In this document: piece after piece, positions 54,746-64,000 of the stretch | How positions within the stretch are numbered: the stretch's first letter is position 1 | Layout of the letters: each line of letters begins with the position of its first letter | DNA from: Macrostomum lignano | Taxonomy: Eukaryota | DNA length: 64,000 nt | Direction: 5' to 3' | Assembly: GCA_002269645.1 (NCBI GenBank) | Contig: NIVC01000032.1 | Location: 1,302,001 to 1,366,000, forward strand | The notes under the pieces: model-generated | Told to the model about the DNA's origin: nothing | Database searches by the model: none | Seen by the model: the letters and a program-made list of their open reading frames with translations, nothing else | Made by a program: the position numbers and the translations under genes

Positions 54746-55243
54746 AACATCAATGTATAACAACAGGCAACAGCCTCATCTAACAGGTAAAACAGTACTG
54801 TATAACAACGGTGAATGGCCCATCTAACTCCCACGGATGTATTTCCTCCAAGTTCATCAAGTTAATTGCACTCGTCAATGTTAAAGTTAACTGCCCAAGA
54901 AATTCTTGATTCCTATTTGCATAGATGAAGCTTTAACTCAGCTCAAAGCCTAAAGCCTAAAACTACTGAGCACAAATTAATGATACATATCAGGCGGGCG
55001 GCAGACCACCCAGATAACTACAGGAGCGGCGAACATGTATCCTAGGAAGCTGAATCTCGTGCACGCACGAGGCTGCACAGAGATGAGGAAGACACTCGAT
55101 ACTTATCTCACTTCAGTCTCCGACTTGTCTCTAGGGGGGGGGGGGGGGCTGGAGGAAAAGGATCTAAGATAGGGAGGAAAGGTTGAGGCTCCTTTGGCTT
55201 CAAAGGGAATTCGAAACTAAAATAGCGAGATAGCAGGAGAGAT

Positions 55244-56400
<1,157 letters not shown>

Positions 56401-57274
56401 TCGAACATGCTGCACGCAATGCAAGAGCTCGAATGAGACTCTATGAGGAGGCGCAGGTTTTATTTTACCAAACCCGGCTACAAGTATAACTCCCCCGAGC
56501 ATGACACTAGCTGGGAATCTGGAGCCCAACATATGCAGCAAAGTAGCTCTACCCTCTCACTCTCATCTCATCGACACTTCTTTCATTGCACGAGGCTTTG
56601 CTTCCGTTTTGGCAACGATCACGCAAGGTGCTGAACTACACAAAGCGTAGGAAGTGTATGCAAGCCTGCCGAGTATGTATGCGATCTGTGCAGTGTGTGA
56701 CAGACAAGTATGCTGTGCATAGAGATTAGCTGTATACACTTGTATCGATATAGACTTGCTATATCTAGAATTTTTTTTGGGACTGTGTAACTAATTTAAT
56801 CCCATCTATAGTACTTGCCGCCATTAGCCGTCAGCAATAATCCACTTTTGCTTTTACTGCTACAGGGACATGTCCCCGCTAACACAAATGCCACCTCCTC
56901 AGCTCAGGAGCTTCAGACTTTCGGAGGGCCTTCCTCACTTGACTTCGAAACTCGCGATTAATTCTGCACTAATTGCAGAAACAGGCCGAGTTTCCCTATT
57001 CTAATAGACTTCCACTTCTTAACACTTCCAGTCCCATCAACGTCACAAGCCTAAATGTGCTGTCCCAAAGGGCAACCCGGTTAAGCCATTAACAGCATTA
57101 ACAACTCGATCTATTCTTAGAGATTAGCGGAGATTAGTAGATCCCAGCTAAACACTTCACTTAATTGCAGACCTTTTCTTCGGTCATGAGTATCATTATA
57201 TTGCCTATTGATTAACAACAGATCATTAGCGATTCTCATGCTGTCACGGCGCTGGTGATTTGGCGAACCTCATT

Positions 57275-58513
57275 CTCAGAGACGAATCTCAATGTTGGAT
57301 GCGAGACGAATCTCAATGTTGGATGTGAGACGAATCTCAATGTTGGATGAGAGACAAATCTCAATGTTGGATGTGAGACGAATCTCAACGTTGGATTAGA
57401 GACAAATCTCAATGTTGGATGTGAGACGAATCTCAACGTTGGATTAGAGACAAATCTCAATGTTGGATGAGAGACGAATCTCAATGTTGCATGAGAGACG
57501 AATCTCAATGTTGCATGAGAGACGAATCTCAATTTTTGTTACAAGAAAAATCTCATGATGGATGAGAGACGAATCTCAATGTTGCATGAGAGACGAATCT
57601 CAATTTTTGTTACAAGAAAAATCTCATGATGGATGAGAGACGAATCTTATGATGGATTAGAGACGAATCTCAATGTTGGATGAGAGAGGAATCTCAATGT
57701 TGGATGAGAGACGAATCTCAATGTTGGTTGAGAGACGAAGCTCATGATGGATGAGAGACGAATCTCAATGTTGGATGAGAGATGAATCTCAATGTTGGAT
57801 GAGAGACGAATCTCAATGTTGGATGAGAGATGAATCTCAATGTTGAATGAGAAACGAATCTCAATGTTGGATGAGAGACAAATCTCAATGTTGGATGAGA
57901 GACGAATCCCAATGTTGGATGGGAGACGAATTTCAATGTTGGATGAGAGACAAATCTAATAATGGATTACAGACGAATCTCAATGTTGGATGAGAGACGA
58001 ATCTCATTATGGATTAGAGACGAATCTCAATGTTGGATGAGAGACGAATCTCATGATGGATGAGATACAAATCTCAATGCTGGATGAGAGAGGAATCTCA
58101 ATGTTGGATGAGAGACAAATCTAATAATGGATTACAGACGAATCTCAATGTTGGATGAGAGACGAATCTCAATGTTGGATGAGAGACGAATCTCAATGTT
58201 GGATGAGAGACGAATCTCAATGTTGGATGGGAGACGAATCTTAATGTTGGATGGGAGACGAATCTTAATACTGGATGAAAGACGAATCTTAATGTTGGAT
58301 GAGAGACGAATCTCAATGTTTGATGAGAGACGAATCTCAATGTTTTATGAGAGACGAATCTCAATGTTTGATGAGAGACGAATCTCAATGTTGGATGAGA
58401 GACGAATCTTAATGTTGGATTAAAGACGAATCCCAATGTTGGATGAGAGACGAATCTCAATGTTGGATGAGAGACGAATCTCAATGTTGTATGAGAGACG
58501 AATCTCAATGTTG
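57275..58513. repeat. 24-bp minisatellite (GAGACGAATCTCAATGTTGGATGA), ~50 copies
   Basis: The period of 24 gives the repetitive LRFVSHPT pseudo-ORFs. Confidence 0.95.
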
Positions 58514-59267
58514 TCCAATAGGAAAAATACACAGCATGGTGACTCGCTGCAGAAATGCGAAATTCATGCATTGTTTATTTATACTAAGCCCATCCACGAA
58601 TTACAGGGGGCAACGACCCCCAACCCAACGAATTATAGAGGATGGCAATGACTAACAGGTAGAATATTTTTATAGATAGAAACACATACATTAAAAAAGG
58701 CGAGCTCGGGGGCGGCAGGTTCCGCCTGGCTGAACAATCTAATCATCCATGCTGGTCATCAAGAATTTAATCAGACCTGTTTAATAATTATGCAGCCGTG
58801 GATGAAGCATGTCTTTTATCGCGTTAAAAAAGTGTACACACAGTAGCAGCAGCAGCATTTTCAGAAGACAAATTATCATTACTTTCCTACTTTCGTCTCT
58901 CTTGTCCCTTCCTGCTCTATCCCAACCCCTCGCCTCGTGCAGCCCAAAATCTCTACAGCCAACCTGCAGCTGCGTCACCCTCAACCCCCATCCCCTCCCT
59001 GGCTTTGACTGCCACGGATGGCCAGAGATAATCTGGCGCAGTCAGGAAATAATTAAGAGAGTCAAGCAAGCGCAGATGCTGCGAGTAGACTAAGGAGAAA
59101 CAGAGCGGACAGGGAGACAGAAAAAGAGAAGACGGACACGTAGCGGGGGTGGCGGGTGGAGTCGCAAGCGAAGATGGAGCGACTGATGAAATATCAGGGC
59201 ATGAAAAATTGATAATCACAGGGCTTGAAGCCAGATGGGCACAGTTGGTCTGGCATGCTGGGCTAGA

Positions 59268-59278
59268 TAGACAGACAC

Positions 59279-59309
<31 letters not shown>

Positions 59310-59310
59310 C

Positions 59311-59367
<57 letters not shown>
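59268..59367. repeat. (GACA)n microsatellite
   Basis: Direct observation. Confidence 0.95.
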
Positions 59368-61699
59368 GAGTGAATCCCCGCCCCCGAATCCCTGCCCGGA
59401 TTCTCCACCCTATAGTCCTCACCACCCTCATAAATATCCGCCCCACTCAAATATCCGCCCCCATCTGTCATCCCCTTAGTCTCCGCCCCAAGCAGCCCCA
59501 GCAGCCCTCCGCCAGCATGCAGATGTACTTGAAACAATAAAAAATGGACTGCATATTGACCGTATCGATGTCAAAGCTCTGAGACCATTCAACCAACGCG
59601 ACCGGTCGTGAATTCGCTGAGTGCTGGGAATTCCTATTGGGAATTCTGATTGGGGATTTCATGTAGCTCGATATTCGTGTTATGGAATTTAGGGTTATCA
59701 TCACATACAGTCTCTTTTAGGGACAATACGAGTACTTTAAATCGATTTTTCAATTGAATAGTTCCTTCATTAAAATCAGTGCGCATGCAAATTCAACGAA
59801 ATTAAATAATTTAATATTCTAAATAAAACCTTGCATACACATATTATACTACTGCTGGCTAAGGGTTGTTGAGCAGTAGGCTAGCAAGAACTCACCAGCC
59901 AGTGTCTAAACAATCAAAATATTTAAATCTACACAGATCTAGTCTATCTTCCATATCTAAATCTACACAGATCTAGTCTATCTTCCATATCTAAATCTAC
60001 TCAGATCTAGTCTATTTTCCATATCTAAATCTACGTACTTAATTCTTCCTACTTTTTCATTTAAAGTCTATCGTCCTTGGCCTATTTTAGAGCTAAACAC
60101 CTTTATTAACCTCCCGTGGAGAATGCGTGACACACCTGAAGCAGTGGGGGATTAATGGTTTAACTTCTCACCCCACCACCCTTGGCTTTGGGAGTCACTC
60201 CCCATAGGCAGCCTCAATGAAGGACCCATTGGTCCATGGCGGAGTCTGGGTCAATAAATTAGAGTGGTTGGGAGCCTCTGGCTCTTGCTGTAACAGGTAG
60301 GATTTTGGGTCTTGCCTGCACCTTCTGCTCACGTCGGACAACAAAGAATTGAACTCGAAGCACGGTTTTTCTGGGCCCAGGCTGCTGCGGCCTACAGCCC
60401 AGCCGAGGCAATGGCCATGCCTTTAGGCCCGCAGATGCGGGCGAGAGCAAAGTGAAGCGAGCGCCTCCACTGTCTCTCCTTTTATTTAAAACACTGCAGA
60501 ACAGGCGCGTGGGAACGTAAACTCTTAAAGGCTACACAGAACAAAATGCAAATTTCGCAGCAAGTTTTTGGTGCAGACGTCCTTCGCAAATATGACTGCA
60601 TTTTATGCAGCTCATACTTGCCATGGCTTGTGCCTCATGGCAACAAGTCACTGAGCAAGAACATGTGCTGAGGTCGCGCAAGTCACCCTCAAGTAAGGGT
60701 GACGCTGCGTTGTTAGGTCTGGCTTCGTGACTTCCCTGTTAGCTGGGATGGTGACTTAGTGTTGTCTTATTGTCTGATTGTCTAAGTGTCATGTCTTAGT
60801 GCCTTGGTGCCTTAGTACCTGTCTGTTGATTGCTGTTTGTCAAAAAGCTACGCAAGATTCTGGGCCATACTTTCCTACCCTGATCTTCTTCACATAACAC
60901 CAAAGCTCTGCAATCCCTCTTTCTGCACCACCGGAATGTTTGCTGTTGAGTTGCCGGTAGCAACTGAAACAATGGCTTACAATCGGTGTGGAACAGACTG
61001 AGGGCTACAGGTAAGGCTCAGCTGCTTCTCATTGAAAGAAGAAGCTTCTCAAAAGCTTAGCAGGTAGGGCTCAGAAAAAATCGATCAGTGCTACAGCCTT
61101 CCAGTCGTACACCGTGGAGATGGAGAAAAACTGTGGGCGTCAGAGCTGCTCAGGCCCACTCTCTGGTGATCGATCGAGCGTATCCAACGCAGTTATGCCC
61201 TGCTGCTGCTCAGCTCCAATATCGACCATTTTTCTGGCTTAAAAGTTAAATAGCCCATGCAGTTATGAAGACTGCAAGAGCTGCTGAATCAGCAAGTCTG
61301 TCTACGAGGTCTACTTTCTAAGCATTGTGAGTTGAATTTGAATTTTTGCCTTGGACAACTAAAATATAAGGACTCTATCATCCAAAATTGCGCAAATATG
61401 GTATTGCCTTTTTTCACCCCAATCTCGCCTTGTACAAGAAGTAGATATGTATCTTCTGTCCAAGGCAATAATGTCTTCTTTAACCATTGAAGCCTATGAA
61501 ATGCGACGAAGCATCGTCGACACTAAGGCGAGACGTTCCCCAACTTATAAGTGTGAAAAACTAAAAGTTATTTTCTTGCTATAATGGCCCTGGAGCAGCA
61601 AAAACCGACCCACTAGCAAGATAGGCTGGCCATTGGCAAGTGTTTGTGTCCTTCTACTTCAGTCATCCGTGATGTCTACGTCAGGGGGGGGGGGACAGT

Positions 61700-61872
61700 C
61701 GGCGGTTCGATTCTCGACCCACTCGGAACAATTGTGTCCTTGAGAAAGACACCCAGCTGGGGTAACTTAGGGTGTGTGGTGACCCCCCCCCCCAAATCCT
61801 TGGACTGAAAAGCCGTACGCAGCCTTCAGATGCGCCGCGCAATAGCTGCGGCTGAGCTGTCGGTTGCCCATC
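61700..61872 (+). mobile_element. Truncated, internally deleted copy of the SINE at 2016-2328
   Basis: Shares GGTTCGATTC, TTGTGTC.TTGAG.AAGACAC and the ~70-bp segment CCTTGGACTGAA.AGCCGTACGCAGCCTTCAGATGCGCCGCGCAATAGCTGCGGCTGAGCTGTCGGTTGC. Confidence 0.8.
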
Positions 61873-61954
61873 TGATGCATTAATTATGATGTCTACACTA
61901 TCAAGCACTTTCAATCAAAGGATCCGTGCATATTTTTCAGCTCAGCCCATAAGC

Positions 61955-62404
61955 ATGCAGTCCCAAGCTGTGCACCCAGTGACGGCCCAGCCGCAGTCGC
62001 AGCAGGTTCCATCTTACCCGATGCACGCCCCTGGCGCGGTGGTCACTGGGCAACCAGCGCTGGCGCATCCGCCTCAGCAGCGCGAATGGAACTCCGGAAT
62101 CATGGCCTGCTGCGAGGACGTGGGCGGCTGCTGCCTGACCTTCTTCTGCGGCCCGTACGAGCTCTGCTGCGGTCTGTCGCAGCGAATGGGCGAAAGCTGC
62201 TGCACCCCGATCTGTCTCGGCTGCGTTGGCAGCTCCGTGACGCTCATGACTTACCGGGTGAAACTGAGGGCCAGGTACAACATTAAAGGCAGCATTCTGA
62301 GCGATTGTTGCACTACGATCTGCTGCGCGAGCTGCGTACAGTGCCAGCTAAAGAGGGAGCTCGACTACATTGAGAACAGCCTGGGTCTCCGGCCAGCCTT
62401 CTGA
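61955..62404 (+). CDS. PLAC8/cornifelin-family Cys-rich protein (149 aa)
   Basis: A splice acceptor TTTTTCAG ends at 61940 and the ATG is at 61955. The protein has a Pro/Gln-rich N-terminus, then WNSGIMACCED..CCLTFFCGP..G..RARYNIKGS..DCC..CC.SC.QCQLKREL. Confidence 0.9.
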   Translation: MQSQAVHPVTAQPQSQQVPSYPMHAPGAVVTGQPALAHPPQQREWNSGIMACCEDVGGCCLTFFCGPYELCCGLSQRMGESCCTPICLGCVGSSVTLMTYRVKLRARYNIKGSILSDCCTTICCASCVQCQLKRELDYIENSLGLRPAF

Positions 62405-62869
62405 CTTGACCACTTGATGGGTCGATTTTATTGGACGAATTCTATGAGACTCGTGATTCAAATAACTTTAATTTTTCTCTTTTTAGATTCCTAATCCCGA
62501 AAGCTATCATATTTACTGAATCTATATTTTTTTCTGAAGTGCCCCTGGTGTTAAAGTTTTATTTTACCTTCTGTGATATTTTCTCGACCTACTTTAACTT
62601 TAAAAATTCGAATACAATTCGCTTCTGAGCAATTCTTCAAAAAGAAAAAATGGTTTTTCGTGAGCATCGAGACAAATAAACTGTTCCTTTTACTGTCAAT
62701 TTGTTTTGCTATATCTTAAAATGCATGCACAATCTTGCGAACATATCTTCGTGCCGGTGCAGCACAATTGCAAAATCGTAGGCCTCCATAAGGTCTATAA
62801 GGCTGAAAGAACTGTTACAACTTCTGCAGATATTATTTTGCTTTTTAATGCCAGTGCACTATCAATAAT

Positions 62870-62913
62870 GTCTGTCCGTCTATCTGTCTGTCTGTCTGTC
62901 TGTCCGTCTGTCC

Positions 62914-62965
<52 letters not shown>

Positions 62966-62982
62966 GTCTGTCTGTCTGTCTA

Positions 62983-63023
<41 letters not shown>

Positions 63024-63024
63024 G

Positions 63025-63059
<35 letters not shown>

Positions 63060-63060
63060 G

Positions 63061-63103
<43 letters not shown>
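62870..63103. repeat. (TGTC)n microsatellite
   Basis: Direct observation. Confidence 0.95.
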
Positions 63104-63539
63104 ATGCTTATTTATCACATAAAAAAGAAACAAACGCGCAAAGTATTTCATTGTCTGCTTTATTTTAAGTCTCGATAACGTTTTTCGCGTCTGATGTGTA
63201 ACCTGAACTCGATAATGGTGCAACAGTTTGAATGCTGCGTGATGGAAATTCCTATAAGCCAAACTGCGCACTCTACACCGAGTTCTTGCTGGTCATCAAG
63301 TATGGCCGCTCCTGAATAACAAAATTTGTAGAGAAAAACTTTGCTTCAGTAGATTTTAATAAGTAGCAAGGAACAGATATTTAAAGCTTAAATTAGGATT
63401 ACCTGAGTTGGACAGGAGAAGCTACCAGCAGGATCCCAGTTGGTGGTCTTCTGGCCCACTGGTTCCAGCTGAAGTTTTGGTTTGGTTTTTGTTTTCGTTA
63501 GAATTTAATTTATTCAGTTAGACTTTGACACCGGTTACA

Positions 63540-64000
63540 CCATCAATATCACAGATTACAGCATCAATATCACAGTCGATTACAGCATCAATATCGCAGA
63601 TTACAGCATCAATATCACCGTCGATTACAGCATCAATATCACAGATTACAGCATCAATATCACAGTCGATTACAGCATCAATATCGCAGATTACAGCATC
63701 AATATCACAGTCGATTACAGCATCAATATCACAGATTACAGCATCAATATCACAGATTATAGCAACAATATCACAGATTACAGCATCAATATCACAGATT
63801 ACAGCATCAATATCACAGTCGATTACAGCATCAATATCGCAGATTACAGCATCAATATCACAGTCGATTACAGCATCAATATCACAGATTACAGCATCAA
63901 TATCACAGATTATAGCAACAATATCACAGATTACAGCATCAATATCACAGATTGCAGCATCAATATCACAGTCGATTACAGCATCAATATCGCAGATTAC
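63540..64000. repeat. Satellite of 21-bp and 26-bp monomers (ATCAATATCACAGATTACAGC, with or without a 5-bp insert giving ..CACAGTCGATTAC..), running off the window
   Basis: Direct observation. Confidence 0.93.

Noticed and set aside
58781-59704. Several ORFs around the GACA repeat
   Set aside because: No domain motifs and no consistent splice chain were found.

Overview
This is intron-rich animal genomic DNA, probably from an invertebrate. It has GT-AG spliced genes, TTAGGG-type repeats, SINE/LINE/LTR/Tc1 elements and many satellites; nothing in it looks prokaryotic. The dominant structure is a ~29.9-kb composite Helitron locus (7063-36968). It consists of 12 head-to-tail units, each ending in the same CTCCTCC-NNN-GGAGGAG hairpin followed by CTCG or a variant (unit 1 lacks the final G; the last unit ends TTAG). 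Unit 6 (16945-26063) carries an apparently intact 9-exon Rep/PIF1-helicase gene of 1591 aa by my splice model, with one GC-AG intron and N-terminal 23-aa STPR-like repeats. Ten of the 11 non-coding units carry a (CTAACC)n telomere-type tract at a fixed position. Two divergently oriented paralogous genes for secreted multi-vWA proteins flank this block. Gene A (minus strand, 6103 to at least 3278) has 2 vWA domains and is very Arg/Lys-rich. Gene B (plus strand, 42137-45627, 886 aa) has 3 vWA domains and a His/Gly/Tyr/Cys tail. The window also contains a solo LTR, an internally deleted Tc1 element, two copies of a tRNA-derived SINE, two decayed non-LTR retrotransposon fragments, a BK-channel beta-subunit-like gene, a PLAC8/cornifelin-like gene, and a dense set of unrelated mini- and microsatellites from 46 to 64 kb. 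All gene models were assembled by eye from splice signals and reading frame; no database search or alignment was run.
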